64,000 nucleotides of DNA from an uncultured Planctomycetaceae bacterium (GCA_963833985.1 CAWIAD010000001.1:1952001-2016000); one strand, 5' to 3'; positions 20,557 through 32,243 are shown, numbered from the stretch's first letter. The notes: generated by a model not told the origin, from the sequence alone. Translations and numbers: made by a program.

Positions 20557-22323
20557 TCAGCGAGCTGGGCCTTGAAGACGGCTCATGGCGGCTACCGTAC
20601 CGTCCCGAGGCGACGGCGATTCCATGAAGATGGACCAGCTCTCGTCGTTTGGAAGATCGAATCGGGACGTCGGCACCAGGGGGCCCAGGCGACGTTCGAC
20701 GGCCTGCTGATAGGCAGCCCGCTTTTCCTCCGAGAAGTGACGGATGTCACCGTGCCGCTGAACGATCAGCCAGACCTTTCCTGGCGGGGACGAAACGATC
20801 GTTTCGGGCTCGGGCTCCCACCTCACCGGGACCGGGGAATAACTCAGCAGGTAGAAACGGACCTCGGCAACCCGTTGAAGCCATTGCGTCAACATCAAGT
20901 CGTCGAAGACAGGTGGCGGAGTCACGCTGTTGAAGACGATCAACTGGTCGGCGGGTCCGACGCGCCCGGCAATCCAGCGGGCGAGACGGCGGTGCTCCTC
21001 GGTCGCGCTACTGCGATAGGGTCTGGCCACGTCGAACGCCATGGCGGCCAGCGGCAAGGCGGCCAGTACCCCGGCCACGATCAGGGGGCCTCGTCTGATC
21101 GCGTGGCGAGCTCGCAGGAAGGCGATCGTGCCCTCGCCCGCGAGCAAGCAGAAGGCCGGTGCCATGTAGAGCATCACCCGGGTGCTTGTGCCATAAGGAT
21201 AACGGTGCATGGCGGCCGCGACGAGCGCGAAGGGCAGGGGAGCCAGCAACAGAAACAGGAGCGGCCGGCGGGCCCGGCGCTGTGCCATCCGGACACAACC
21301 CATCACGACCAGAAAAGCCGTGAAAGTGCTGCCGAAATCGTGGCCGCCATGCGGATAGGCCAGCATCTGACCGGTGTGGATCTCGAGCAGCCACCAGGGG
21401 AGCCGCCACGGCTGAGCGAGCGGTGGAAAGGCGTTCCGCCAGGTCGCGAGGTTCGGCAGGAACGCCGCGTCGTGGGCCTGCGGGCCCGCAAAGCCGACGT
21501 ACATGACGGCCCAGCTCAGCACCATGGAAATGCCAAGCAGCAACCACACGGCCATCAGCCGGCTCGACCTTTCGCGGACGACCCGCGCCCCCAGCAGCAG
21601 CGCCACACCAGCCCCGGGAAAGACCGCCGTGTAGGAACACCAGACGCCAACGGCCGCCAGCGCAAGCAGCGCCATCCAGCGCCGGTATGAGCGCACATCA
21701 CGCCAGACCCACCAGCCCACCGATGTCAGGGCGAGCGAGACGAGCAGATCGATGGCGTATGGCTTCACTTCAATGGAATGGCGTACCGGATAGAACGATG
21801 CGGCAAGGATGGCCGTCGCGATCAGGGTGGTCCGGCGCGTGGTGACCTTGCCGCAGAAACTCCAGAACCCGAGCAGTCCCCCGACCCCGGCCAGATAAGG
21901 CACCAGCCGCAGCGCCCATTCGCCGGAGCCGAACGCATGGACCACCAGCCATTCCACCCAGAGAAAGCCAGGGGGCACGATCTGGAAGTACTCCAGCGGC
22001 TGCGCCAGGCCCGCCAGGTCGCGAGTCAGCAGGTTCACGGCGACGTACGCCTCATCCCCCCAGAGCGGGAAGGCCATGGCATAGCGGACGGTCCGCCAGA
22101 GCAGCCCCAGGAAGAGCATGAAGAAGGCGGCGCCGCGAAGCAGGGGCCAGGCCGATCCGATCACAACGGGACGAAGGCCCGTGCGCACTCGCCTCGTCGC
22201 TTCGCGATCGGGATCTCCGCGCCCGGGCGGCTGGCTGGTGTGCCGCAGTTTGGTGCAAGAAGGACCTGTTCCGTCCCCCACCTGACTCGTGACTCGGCAA
22301 TCGTCCAATACCGGACTTTCCAT
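20557..22323 (-). CDS. Membrane glycosyltransferase (GT-C fold, family 39/83-like)
   Basis: LWGDEAY, PPGF, GEWALRL.P and EVKPYA.D motifs with many hydrophobic segments; start uncertain. Confidence 0.8.
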   Translation of the reverse strand: MESPVLDDCRVTSQVGDGTGPSCTKLRHTSQPPGRGDPDREATRRVRTGLRPVVIGSAWPLLRGAAFFMLFLGLLWRTVRYAMAFPLWGDEAYVAVNLLTRDLAGLAQPLEYFQIVPPGFLWVEWLVVHAFGSGEWALRLVPYLAGVGGLLGFWSFCGKVTTRRTTLIATAILAASFYPVRHSIEVKPYAIDLLVSLALTSVGWWVWRDVRSYRRWMALLALAAVGVWCSYTAVFPGAGVALLLGARVVRERSSRLMAVWLLLGISMVLSWAVMYVGFAGPQAHDAAFLPNLATWRNAFPPLAQPWRLPWWLLEIHTGQMLAYPHGGHDFGSTFTAFLVVMGCVRMAQRRARRPLLFLLLAPLPFALVAAAMHRYPYGTSTRVMLYMAPAFCLLAGEGTIAFLRARHAIRRGPLIVAGVLAALPLAAMAFDVARPYRSSATEEHRRLARWIAGRVGPADQLIVFNSVTPPPVFDDLMLTQWLQRVAEVRFYLLSYSPVPVRWEPEPETIVSSPPGKVWLIVQRHGDIRHFSEEKRAAYQQAVERRLGPLVPTSRFDLPNDESWSIFMESPSPRDGTVAAMSRLQGPAR

Positions 22324-22843
22324 GTCTCAGTGTTCCTGCGACGACCTCGGGCATCAGACACCCCCGCCTGCTGAGGGTTCATCGCGCGTGCATCCCCCCG
22401 TGCGCGCACTTTTTCCCGATTTGCGGGGTATGACGCGGAATCCAAGGGAGAGTTCCTGCCGCGGGCCCGGCGGCAGCCGCGGCTTGCTGCAACGGCATGG
22501 AAGCGGTCGGGTGCTGCGCCGTCCGCCGACCGGTTTGGCCACCGCGCGGCCCTGCACTGGCCGGCCGGCCGCTCCGGATATGGGTCGTATCGATAAACAA
22601 TGGCGCAATCACCGGTGCCCGCAGGCCGCTGGATGCGCGCTTGGTCATTGTCTTGGTTCTTCGACTTTGTTATACTTCAATGGATTGGCCGGTCGACAGA
22701 GCAAGCACTCTGGTTTCTTACGGAATCACTCCTTGCTTATCTCTCTCGCCTGTTCCACGTCCTGAACAAGCTCGTTCGCCCAATCTCATCGATCCAAGAA
22801 GCAGTCGATGGATCGAACATTCCTTGTCATCCGGAGCTGCTCC

Positions 22844-23140
22844 ATGGGAAAGAAGCTGTACGTCGGGAACCTGGCCGATTCCATTGTTTCATACGATCTG
22901 CGCGACCTGTTCACCCAGTTCGGGACCGTGCTCAGCGCCCGGGTTGTGATGGACCGCGAGACGGATCGCAGCAAGGGCTTCGCTTTCGTCGAGATGGAAA
23001 CCGACGAACAGGCCCACGCGGCGATTCTGGGTCTCAATGACCAGGACCATGAGGGGCGCAAGCTCACGGTCAACGAGGCGAAGCCTCGGGTCGCCCGCAC
23101 GAACCGGGTCAGTCCTGAACCTGGCGGCCTGCGCCATTGA
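22844..23140 (+). CDS. RRM RNA-binding protein
   Basis: RNP2 KLYVGNL, RNP1 KGFAFVEM, LTVNEAKPR. Confidence 0.93.
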   Translation: MGKKLYVGNLADSIVSYDLRDLFTQFGTVLSARVVMDRETDRSKGFAFVEMETDEQAHAAILGLNDQDHEGRKLTVNEAKPRVARTNRVSPEPGGLRH

Positions 23141-23403
23141 CGGGTTGATCCACGGGCAATGCCGGGGGTTGCAGACACGGCTCCCTCGCTGGCTCTCCAT
23201 CAAGAGTCGAAACCATCGTGCGCTTCGATGTGGTTGCGAATGTGCTGGCAGAACTTCCAGCAGGCACAATAATCGACATGCATAAATAAATCTTATGCTT
23301 GGATCCGAAGTAGTTTTGGCGGAGGTTCCCGGCTCGGTCAGGCGGTCCGTTGCGGTGGTGACCCGAACATCAATGGCCGTAAGGTCAGAAAGCAGAGCAG
23401 AGC

Positions 23404-23658
23404 GTGTCCAAGAACCAGAAGAACCAGAATCAGAAGCCGATGGAGATCATGGCCTCGGCGATCGTGCAGAGGCCTCATAGTTTTCAGTTCATACGAGAGT
23501 CAACCGGGCTCAAGTTGACCGACCAGGAATTCAAGGCGATCGCCAAGAGCGACCCGGCCCGGTTCAAGCTTGTCAGGTTCATGAAGCGGGACGACGAGGG
23601 CACGCGGATCTCGCCCGGACGTCCCGGTGTCGGCCTGAAGAGCCAGAGCAGCGCCTGA
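23404..23658 (+). CDS. Small hypothetical protein
   Basis: 84-aa ORF with protein-like composition between the two RRM genes. Confidence 0.55.
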   Translation: MSKNQKNQNQKPMEIMASAIVQRPHSFQFIRESTGLKLTDQEFKAIAKSDPARFKLVRFMKRDDEGTRISPGRPGVGLKSQSSA

Positions 23659-24152
23659 CCGGCACTGTGTTTCACCACGGTGGGGTGATTGCCCTCGCGT
23701 GAGTGCCAATGCGCGTGGCGGGCTCACGTCCCGCGTCGCGCCCGCACAGATTGCTGGCTCGCCATGGGGGGGAGAGCATCCGCCCGGGCTGACGGCACGC
23801 CGCGGCCGGGTGCAGTGCTGCGCTCGCATGAGACGATGGCACGAAGACGCCGACGCTGGCGGCACGGCCTGTGCAAGCACAAGATGCGGGACGGCCGGCG
23901 CACGTCGGTGTTTGTTGCTTGCATTCAAAATCCGCAAGATTTGTGCACTACGTCATTCCCTTCCCTGTCGATTTCGGTGATAATTGGATCTGGTTGGATT
24001 GACGATTGAGCAAGCACAATCGGTTCGCGCCGAATCTTATTTGCTTTCCCCTCTCGACTCTCCCACCTCATGGGCACATCAGTGCGCCCCTTTCTTACCG
24101 GCCCGGAAAGCAACAGGTGGGTCGGGACATTTTCGCCACCGGGAGACTGAAC

Positions 24153-24488
24153 GTGGGGAAAAAAGTGTATGTTGGGAATTTGACCTACTCCGTCACGCAC
24201 TCCAACCTGGAAGAGTGGTTCGCGCAGTACGGGACCGTGCAGAGCGCCCAGGTGATCACGGACCGTGACACCGGCCGCAGCAAGGGCTTCGGCTTCGTCG
24301 AGATGGATACCGACGCCCAGGCACAGGCGGCGATCCAGGGCCTGAACGACCAGGAATTCGACGGTCGCCGCCTCACCGTCAATGAGGCGAAGCCCCGTGA
24401 ACCCCGTAGCGGTGGCCACACCGGCGGTGGCGGCGGTGGTGGCGGCGGTGGCGGTGGCTACGGCGGCAGTCGCGGCCGGCGCTATTGA
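24153..24488 (+). CDS. RRM RNA-binding protein with glycine-rich tail
   Basis: GTG start after GGGAG; KVYVGNL, KGFGFVEM, poly-Gly tail ending GRRY. Confidence 0.93.
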   Translation: MGKKVYVGNLTYSVTHSNLEEWFAQYGTVQSAQVITDRDTGRSKGFGFVEMDTDAQAQAAIQGLNDQEFDGRRLTVNEAKPREPRSGGHTGGGGGGGGGGGGYGGSRGRRY

Positions 24489-24967
24489 CCGTCGGCACAC
24501 GGCCATGGGAACCGGGCGGCGTCTCGCCCGTGCCTGAGCTCCCGGGCCATTGCCTGCCAACCCATTGCCTGCCAACCCAGGGCGGGCCGTGATGACACAC
24601 AACGGGAGTCGCTTGAGGCTGTTCGACGAACAGCCATGGGCGGCTCCCGGCTCATTTTTCTCGCGACCTCGCTCCGGACGCCTTGCCAGGCGGCCGGGAG
24701 TGGACCGCATGCGGGCCGGGCGCATTGTGCCCTGGATCCGCGATTTCAACGCTTTCCAAGTCCCAGCGGATCGTGTACACTCAAAAGACTTCTGCCGGGT
24801 CGGCGCGAGGCGATCCCAGAGCCGGCCCGCTGCCGCTGATCGTGGCCTCTGATCCCCGCTCAGGCCCGATCGACCGCGACTGATCGAACCCGGCGGATCA
24901 AAGTGCGAACCCTGCGTCGCGTTCAGCCTCGCGCCTGAATGCCCGTTTCCCGTCACAGGAGATCCGC

Positions 24968-25186
24968 GTGTCGAAAGAAGAACCGATACGAACCGAAGGA
25001 CGAATCGTCGAAGCCCTCCCCAACACACAGTTCACGGTTGAGCTCGAGAATGGACATCGCATCCTTGCCCACATCGCCGGCAAGATGCGCAAGAACTTCA
25101 TCCGCATCGTCCCCGGCGACCGGGTGACCGTCGAGATCACACCCTACGACCTGACCAAGGGCCGCATCGTTTACCGCGAACGCTGA
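24968..25186 (+). CDS. infA: Translation initiation factor IF-1
   Basis: [46 protein letters not shown]. Confidence 0.97.
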   Translation: MSKEEPIRTEGRIVEALPNTQFTVELENGHRILAHIAGKMRKNFIRIVPGDRVTVEITPYDLTKGRIVYRER

Positions 25187-25262
25187 ACCGGTTCGCATGC
25201 GATCGCAACCGCGAATGCGCGGAACCTTGCCTCTGGAGCCGGGCCAGCCTTGCGGCGGGTCT

Positions 25263-26264
25263 TCACTTCAGGCGCCACCAGAGATCCGCGTCCAGGGCGA
25301 GGTCTCGGGCCAGCGGCTCGATCTCGCAACGAAACCGCCCCGCGTCCACCGGATATCCGGCCGTGGGTCGTAGCCCGGGCATGCGCAGACGCCAGAAGGC
25401 ATTGAAGACGTCCATCCAGACCTCGCGGATCGTCTTGCTGACGATGGAGGCCAGCGCCACTAGCCCGCTGGCGCTATCGGCTCGGGGCGCGAGGCCCAGG
25501 TTCATGGTGCGCACGGGATCGCGTACCTGGTAGCGGCTGAGCGCAGGCCCTTCCACGCCTCGGCTGATCCAGGTCTCGGGAAACGCAGCCAGCAGGCGCT
25601 CGAAATAGTAATGCCGCCCGCCGTGCTTGTCGCCGTGAACGTCGGTGGGCCTGCCGTCGGCGGCGAGCTCCCACACGTGGACCAGCAGCTCCTGGAACGC
25701 GCTGAAATGCACGTCCGCCTTCGATGCCCGTTCCCTGAGCCGCTCGTTGAACTGCTGCGGGCCGAGGATGACCGAACGAACCTGGACGATCCGCCAGGTG
25801 CCCGAGGCGGGCTCCAGCGGCCGGCAGGCCAGCCGCGGTGGCAGCGCCTGAAGCAGGGCAGGCCGGGGCCAGCTTTCGCCAGGCTTAGGGTGGCAGAGCC
25901 AGCGATGGAGCTCGGCGGTCATCAGCGTCCCGGCGCCGACGGCGGCCAGAAGCGCTTCCGGGTTTTCCGGCAGTCGCTGTCCTGCCGCATCGATGACAGC
26001 CAGGCAGGTGGCCTCGAGCTGCTCGCGGCCGCGACCTGCGCGGAGCACCCGCTTGGAATCGTCGACCCAGAGCCGTTCCGAAGTTCCACCCGCGCGGCAG
26101 ACGGCGGAGGCCAGGTCGAGCCAGAGGTCGGGTGCAGGAGCAGGGGCCGGCCAGCCGTCGCTCGCGGCCGGAGTCGGGGCGCGGCTCTCGGCGATCACGG
26201 CTGTCATCACCAGCGGTCCCAGGTTCGGCCCGTATCCTGCCTCGTCAATCCCGACCCATCGCAC
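25263..26264 (-). CDS. RNase HII-like protein
   Basis: GIDEAGYGP.LGPLV, DDSK, DKHGGR, VALASI.SK..RE and GYP motifs. Confidence 0.75.
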   Translation of the reverse strand: MRWVGIDEAGYGPNLGPLVMTAVIAESRAPTPAASDGWPAPAPAPDLWLDLASAVCRAGGTSERLWVDDSKRVLRAGRGREQLEATCLAVIDAAGQRLPENPEALLAAVGAGTLMTAELHRWLCHPKPGESWPRPALLQALPPRLACRPLEPASGTWRIVQVRSVILGPQQFNERLRERASKADVHFSAFQELLVHVWELAADGRPTDVHGDKHGGRHYYFERLLAAFPETWISRGVEGPALSRYQVRDPVRTMNLGLAPRADSASGLVALASIVSKTIREVWMDVFNAFWRLRMPGLRPTAGYPVDAGRFRCEIEPLARDLALDADLWWRLK

Positions 26265-26359
26265 GGCGGCCTGCTCCTTGAACCTTGCCCCGACCGGCAG
26301 AAAGCAAGCTACACTTTCGGGTAGGGCTAGCAACAGGGGCAAGCGCCGGAGTTTTCGCG

Positions 26360-27187
26360 ATGCGCATTCGTTTGAAAGGCCGTTCCGCCCGGTTCAACGT
26401 CGAGTCTCTCGAGGCCCGGGAGCTGCTCAGCCACATCCACCCCTTACCTGCCGCAATCCATCGTCCTGCGCTGGTGAGCCGCTATCGGCCGGCCATCACC
26501 ACTAATCCCGCCGGGATCGCCGCCGTCACCTCGGCGCTGGAGGGCGGCCTGGGGCGGGAATGGGTCGCGCTCGTGCACTCGCAGATTCGCAATCCGCTAG
26601 CGGTGATCACCGGCTTCGCGACCGGCAAATATACTTCGTACACGATCAAGGGACTCACGGCCCAGACGCCCACCGTACAGCCCTTGTTCACCGGCCAGCC
26701 CTATGACCAGTTGCTGGCCACCGTTGCGGGGGCGTCTGTATTCAAGAGGAACGTACTCGAGCTCGGTGCGATCATGCGGGGGCCATTTCATGATCCCGCA
26801 CCTTCGTACTATGTCTTCGGCCTGAACCGCGGCGCGGGGGCGAGCCTCGGCCCCGTGTTTCCCAGCCGCCCGGGCATCACACCCGATGCACTCGTGACGC
26901 TCACCGTCGGGCCCTACGGCACCACAGCCTCGGGGACCATCACCGACCTGGTCACTCAGGCAACCCAGGTCATCGCGCCGGCGAACATCAAGATCGTGGG
27001 ACCGGTGGTACGCGTCTACCTGAACACCGCTCAGCTTCCATCGCACGGCTGGCCGCTTGCGAAGTATCACTTTGCGTTCTGGACGCAAACTCAGCCAGGC
27101 CACAACATCAGCACCGTGGCGAGCTTCGCGCCGGCCAATTCGATGATCCCCATCGACATCGTCAACTCCGTCGCGCCCACCCACTGA
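26360..27187 (+). CDS. Planctomycete-type secreted hypothetical protein
   Basis: N-terminal F.VESLEARELLS (LEPR-XLL-like) motif; Thr/Pro/Gly-rich body. Confidence 0.7.
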   Translation: MRIRLKGRSARFNVESLEARELLSHIHPLPAAIHRPALVSRYRPAITTNPAGIAAVTSALEGGLGREWVALVHSQIRNPLAVITGFATGKYTSYTIKGLTAQTPTVQPLFTGQPYDQLLATVAGASVFKRNVLELGAIMRGPFHDPAPSYYVFGLNRGAGASLGPVFPSRPGITPDALVTLTVGPYGTTASGTITDLVTQATQVIAPANIKIVGPVVRVYLNTAQLPSHGWPLAKYHFAFWTQTQPGHNISTVASFAPANSMIPIDIVNSVAPTH

Positions 27188-27299
27188 CTGATTCGCGGGA
27201 CCGGCGATGCTGCGGCAGAACACCGCCGGAGACGCGGCTCGGCGTCATCCCAGTCCGGTGCGCGCGCCTGGATTCCAGCGACCCACCGCCAGATCCTCC

Positions 27300-28193
27300 T
27301 CAGCGCGCGAATGGCGGCGGGCAGCCCGGGTCTTTCATGCGCACCTTGTAGACGCCGTCCACGGCGGTGATGGCCAGTCCTTTGCAGTCGTCGTCGCACC
27401 ACGCCAGGTTGGCCGGCCGCTTTGGCGTGGCGATGATCCCCAGCAGCTTTCCCTCCGGCTCGAAGACCCAGACGCCCATGGCAACGGCCACAAAAAGCCG
27501 GCCCAGGCTGTCCACTTTCATGCCGTCGGGCCCGCCCGGCTCGTCCGGGTTCAGGTTCAGCAGGACTCTGCCGGACGCCGGAAGAACGCCGCCCGAGGGC
27601 TCGAGGTCGAACGCGCGAACGTGGTAGCGCGCCGTGTCGCAGACGTAGAGGGTCTGCTCGTCGGGCGAGAGCGCCAGGCCGTTGGGTTTCTCGAAGTCGT
27701 CGGCCAGCAGGCGCATCGGCTCCGGGCTCGTTCCGGAGAGGTCCAGGGCATAGACGCCCTGGTAATGCAGCTCGCGGTCCTGCGGCTGAACGCCATAGGG
27801 GGGGTCGGTGAAGTAGAGCAGCCCGTCCGAGCGGGCCACGATATCGTTGGGGCTGTTGAGGCGCTTGCCGGACCAGTGTTCGATGACGGTCTGCACGTCC
27901 GATCCGTCACGGTTCATGACCGAGACGCGGCGCCCGTTCTGTTCGCAGAAGACCACCCGGCCATCGCCTGTGAACGTTTGCCCGTTGGCGGCGCCGGTAT
28001 GCTCGCGGAGCAGCTCGACATCGCCGGAGGCCGTGCGCCGGTAGGTTCGCTCGGCCTTGATGTCCTGAAAGATCAGGGATCCATCGGGAAGCCAGAGCGG
28101 ACCTTCGGTGAACTGGAAGCCAGCGGCCAGCCGCTCCAGCGTGTCGCTTTCAACGAGGCGTGTAAGCCCCGCGTCTCTCATGACCTCAGCCAT
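27300..28193 (-). CDS. SMP-30/gluconolactonase family protein
   Basis: FTEGPLW, RLNSPND, YFTDPPYG, PNGLALSPD and PDGMKVD motifs. Confidence 0.92.
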   Translation of the reverse strand: MAEVMRDAGLTRLVESDTLERLAAGFQFTEGPLWLPDGSLIFQDIKAERTYRRTASGDVELLREHTGAANGQTFTGDGRVVFCEQNGRRVSVMNRDGSDVQTVIEHWSGKRLNSPNDIVARSDGLLYFTDPPYGVQPQDRELHYQGVYALDLSGTSPEPMRLLADDFEKPNGLALSPDEQTLYVCDTARYHVRAFDLEPSGGVLPASGRVLLNLNPDEPGGPDGMKVDSLGRLFVAVAMGVWVFEPEGKLLGIIATPKRPANLAWCDDDCKGLAITAVDGVYKVRMKDPGCPPPFAR

Positions 28194-28433
28194 GGGCCAT
28201 ATCCTCGCTTGTTCGGGAGATCACGTCGATCATCACGCGGCCTGCTGATGCCCTGCCGCTGCCGGATGCGCCTCATCTGGCTCAGGCTACGTTGCCCCTT
28301 GCATTCCATTTTCCGCATCTCTCGGCTGTGGTGAGAGCCGTGCCAATGCACTAGAATGAGTCGGACGAAGAGAGAACTCGCACAAGCCGTCACGCCCCAT
28401 GGTTTGGGCTCTCGATGGGTAGGAGCGCTCGCG

Positions 28434-29814
28434 ATGCCATTGGATTCGGGCTTGCCCGATCGACAGAAGGCCAAGACCTTTTTCCAGTATGGCAATGAAG
28501 CCACGCTGAAGTCGAACCTGGATTATGCCATCGACATGTACAAGCAGGCGTGCAGGCTTGCACCAGACAACCTGAGCTACCGTCAAGCCCTGCGCGGAGT
28601 GCAGCGGCGCAAGTTCAATAACGACCCCTCGAAGGTGGGGATGCTGGTCGGCGCACGCAACCAGCCGATCCGCATGCGGGTCCGCTCGGCGCGTTTCGAA
28701 AGGGAACCTGGCACACGCCCTGGATATCTGCGAGGACGCGTTCACGCATAACCCCTGGGACGTGTCGGCAGCGCGCGAGGCGTCGGAGGCGGCCGAGCAA
28801 CTGGGTTACCTGGCGCTGGCGGAGTGGTACATCGAGTCGGTACACGCCCAGGCCAAGGACGCCGACTTCTTTCGCCATGCGGCGCGGGTGTACGAGAAGA
28901 ACGAGCACTGGCAGAAAGCGATCTCCTGCTGGGAACAGGTGAAGAAGCACGACCCTCATGACGAGAGTTCCAGCCGGCAGATCAACGCGCTGTCGGCCAG
29001 TGCCACCATCAAGCGGGCCGGGCTGGATGAAGCGCTCGAGAAACGCGGCAAGCCGGCTGACACGAGCTCCGAGGAGCTCGATGCCAAGCTGGAACGGCTC
29101 AAGCTGGAGAAGCTCTCTCCCGAGGAGCGCTGGCAGAAGGAGATTCAGGACAACCCCAACCAGACCTGGCCTTACCTCGACCTGGCCGAGCACTTCCGCA
29201 ATCGCAGCCAGTTCGACCAGGCGGAGAAGGTCCTGGCTCAAGGGCTGAAGGCAAACCCCAAGGAGCCGGTGCTCCAGCAAGCCTACGCCGAGGTCCAGAT
29301 TACCCGCATGAAGCGCGCGATCGATTCGTGGACCCAGCGCACCAAGGACCGGCCCGACGACGCGGCCGCCAGGGCCAAGCTCGACCAGTTGACCAAGCTG
29401 CTCGCCGACTACGAGATCAAGGAATTCCGAAGGCGCTCGGCCGCCAGCCCGGAAGATGCCAACCTGCATTACCAGCTTGGTCTTTGCCTGGCCCGCCTCG
29501 GCCAGCACGACGAGGCGATCGCCGAATTCCAGCAAGCACGATCCAGCCCCACGCTCAAGGTGCAGGCGCTCATTCAGGCAGGGCTCAGCTTCGAGGCGAA
29601 CCAGGCCTACAAGCTGGCGGACCGCACGTATCGCGAAGCACTCAAAACCCTTGAAGACGAGGATGTTACAAACTTCCTGTCGCTCAACTACCGGCTTGGA
29701 CGGGTGGCCGAGGCGATGGGCAATTCCGAGGTCGCCGAGGAGCATTACAACGAGGTGGCCGCCAAGGATTATTCCTACCAGGACGTCGCCCAGCGTCTGA
29801 GGAACTTGAACTGA
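28434..29814 (+). CDS. Tetratricopeptide-repeat protein, apparent frameshift near 28695-28710
   Basis: TPR-like helices continue from ORF 28356-28751 into 28762-29814; AGGAG before ATG 28434. Confidence 0.72.
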
Positions 29815-29971
29815 AACCCTGTTCCGTGGTAACTTTCCTTTTTCGTCACGACGATCGCTTCGTGCCGATCGTCGGCGTTCGATATGAGCCGATCTGACCT
29901 CCGGCATGCCCGGTGGCGTCGTTCATTGACCGAGATCACCCAACCTCTTATTGCCGGATCATTCAGGAGCC

Positions 29972-30253
29972 ATGCCAAATTCCACTTCGGCGAGCAAGCG
30001 GCTTCGCCAGAGCGTCAAGCGACGGATGCACAACCGCATCACCAGGAAGGTCATGAAGACCTTCACGAAGAAAACGGTTCAATCGCTGAGCGAGAACAAC
30101 CTCGAACAGGCCACCACTGACTTTCGCGCCGCGGTCGCCAAGATCGACAAGGCCGGCGCACGCCGGGTGCTCCATCCGAACACGGCCGCCAGACGCAAGA
30201 GCAAGCTGGCCCGCGCCTTCGCGGCCGCCCAGGCGAAATCGGCAGGCTCCTGA
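29972..30253 (+). CDS. rpsT: 30S ribosomal protein S20
   Basis: MPN..SA.KR.RQ..KRR..N, IDKA and LHPNTAARRKSKL motifs. Confidence 0.95.
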   Translation: MPNSTSASKRLRQSVKRRMHNRITRKVMKTFTKKTVQSLSENNLEQATTDFRAAVAKIDKAGARRVLHPNTAARRKSKLARAFAAAQAKSAGS

Positions 30254-30342
30254 GCCGCGCGGCGAGTTCGGCCCTCCCTCAGCCGGCAGCGGCATCCATC
30301 GAGCGGCCCTGCTTTTCCTTGCCTGCCGCGGGACGGTCCGCC

Positions 30343-31033
30343 ATGGGCTCACTCGCCGAGTCTTACCCCGCCTTGCTGGAGGTGCTCGCGGTGGCGTACG
30401 GGCCGCCGAGGCCCTTGCCCGCGGGGGCCTCCGCGTTCGAGACCGTTCTCTCCGCCGTGCTCTCTGCTGCGGTCGATGAGCGGCGTGCCACTCGAATCCT
30501 GGCGGCGTTCGATGGCTCCGGGTTCCTGGATCCGTCTGCGTTCGCCAGCGCGGACCCCGCGGAGCTGGCCGATTGTCTGCGCGAATCATCGCTGAAGCTC
30601 GCGCCGCGGACCATCACTCTGCTGATCCGCCTGGCACGGTGGTGCCTTGACCCCAGCGGCGACCAGCATCCGGAGACTGCGCCGGACCCGGACAGCGCCC
30701 GGGACCAGCGCGGCGCTCGCGGCGATTCGCGGTGTCGGGCCCGCCACGGCAGACGCGATTCTGCTGGCCCTGGGCCGTGCGGTCTATCCGATGGACCGGG
30801 CCTCGTATCGCATCCTCGTCCGGCACGGCTGGATCGATGCCGGATTCGAGTACCGCGAGGCCAGCGAGCTGGTCTCGTTGCATGCCGCGGGGAACCATGA
30901 GGAGCTGGCGCGGCTCTCCTTTGGAATGCAGCGCGTGGGCCGCGAGTTCTGCGTTCCACGAGCGCCACGCTGTGAGCGCTGTCCGCTGCGCGGCCTGCTG
31001 CCGGAAGGCGGTCCCGTCGACCCCGAAGGCTGA
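30343..31033 (+). CDS. Endonuclease III-like HhH-GPD protein, apparent frameshift near 30690
   Basis: AFETVL.AVL; helix-hairpin-helix L.AIRGVGPATADAILL; C-terminal FC..RAPRCE.CPL. Confidence 0.72.
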
Positions 31034-31194
31034 GCTTCCGGGCCAAACCCGCGCCCGTTCCCTGGCCACCGGGAAGCCGCGCTTCGAGGGGCGGCCCGCG
31101 CATTGCTCGACCAGTCGTGCGGGACATGGGATGATCTTCAGCGTGTCTCGTCTTCCGTCCGGGAACAGCGCCAGGGAGCACGCCAGGGACCACC

Positions 31195-31697
31195 ATGAGC
31201 GAATACCAGCTCGAAGGGCCAAAGCCGGCACGCATGTACGAGGTGATCCTGCCGAAGAAGCTCGGCTACTTCGGCAAGGTTCAGGAAGTGCTGGAAGACC
31301 TGTTCGATGAGAAAGCCATCCGCGCCATCCCGTTCGTGAAGAAGTCGATCGCGCGAGGCGGCGCGAGCCGGACTTCGACGAGGAGTCGTGGATCAAGGCG
31401 CTCTGCCAGGCCTCGCGCGGGTACTCGATCTACGAGATGGACGGACGCTATCTCTCGTACAGCGGGCCCGTCGACGAACGGGTGCTGGTGATCCGGTTCA
31501 TCTTCCACAACTTCGCCTCGGAAGCGGACGCTGACGTGAAGACCGATTTCCTGGCCATGTCGATGGAGGTGGTGAACCACCTGGTCGCCCACCGCTTCGC
31601 CAACGAGCTTGGCGTGGAGGAGGAAATCTGGTTTGTTGAATATCACCAGCCTCAACTGTCGATCTGGCGCAAGCGGCGGCCGGCCGGTGAATCGTGA
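31195..31697 (+). CDS. Hypothetical protein, apparent frameshift near 31355-31365
   Basis: ORFs 31195-31491 and 31437-31697 read as one protein (YEVILPKKLGYFG ... YSIYEMDGRY ... EEEIWF). Confidence 0.6.
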
Positions 31698-31723
31698 AGC
31701 CGCTCCGCCCGAGGGAACCAGCC

Positions 31724-32227
31724 ATGACCGCTCTGGAGTTGTTGATCGAGCGCTACGCCCTTGGAGGCTCGGTGCTCCTGTACGCCGTGCACGGGCTGAG
31801 CGCCGAACAAGCCTCCGCGCGGCCAGGCCCGGGTGCCTGGAGCATCACCGAGCTGGCCGCTCATCTGGTGGATAGCGACCTTGTGGGGATTGAAAGAATG
31901 AAGCGGGTGATCGCCGACGACGAGCCCTCACTTCTCAATTACGACGAGGACGCGTGGATCTCGAGGCTCCGCTCGCAGGAGATGCCCGTCGAGGAAGCCG
32001 TCAACTTGTTCGCGGCCAACCGGCACTGGATGACCCGCGTTCTGCGCGGCTGCCCCGAAGAAGACTTCCGCCGCGCCGGCGTGCACTCGGTGCGTGGCCG
32101 GATGACCCTGGCTGAGCTGCTGAGCGGATACGCGGGCCATCTCGACCACCACCTGAGGTTCCTGTACGGCAAGCGCGCCAACCTGGGCACGGCCGTGCAA
32201 CCGCGGTATAGCTATCCCATTTGTTGA
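31724..32227 (+). CDS. DinB family protein
   Basis: WSI.EL.AHL.D, YDED.W, GVHS.RG.MTL and HL.HHL motifs. Confidence 0.88.
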   Translation: MTALELLIERYALGGSVLLYAVHGLSAEQASARPGPGAWSITELAAHLVDSDLVGIERMKRVIADDEPSLLNYDEDAWISRLRSQEMPVEEAVNLFAANRHWMTRVLRGCPEEDFRRAGVHSVRGRMTLAELLSGYAGHLDHHLRFLYGKRANLGTAVQPRYSYPIC

Positions 32228-32243
32228 ACAGGACCCTGCCACG

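Noticed and set aside
24420..24470. GGCGGT microsatellite
   Set aside because: Encodes the ordinary glycine-rich tail of the RRM protein.
24547..24577. 15-bp tandem duplication CCATTGCCTGCCAAC
   Set aside because: Only two copies in an intergenic region, with no evidence of function.
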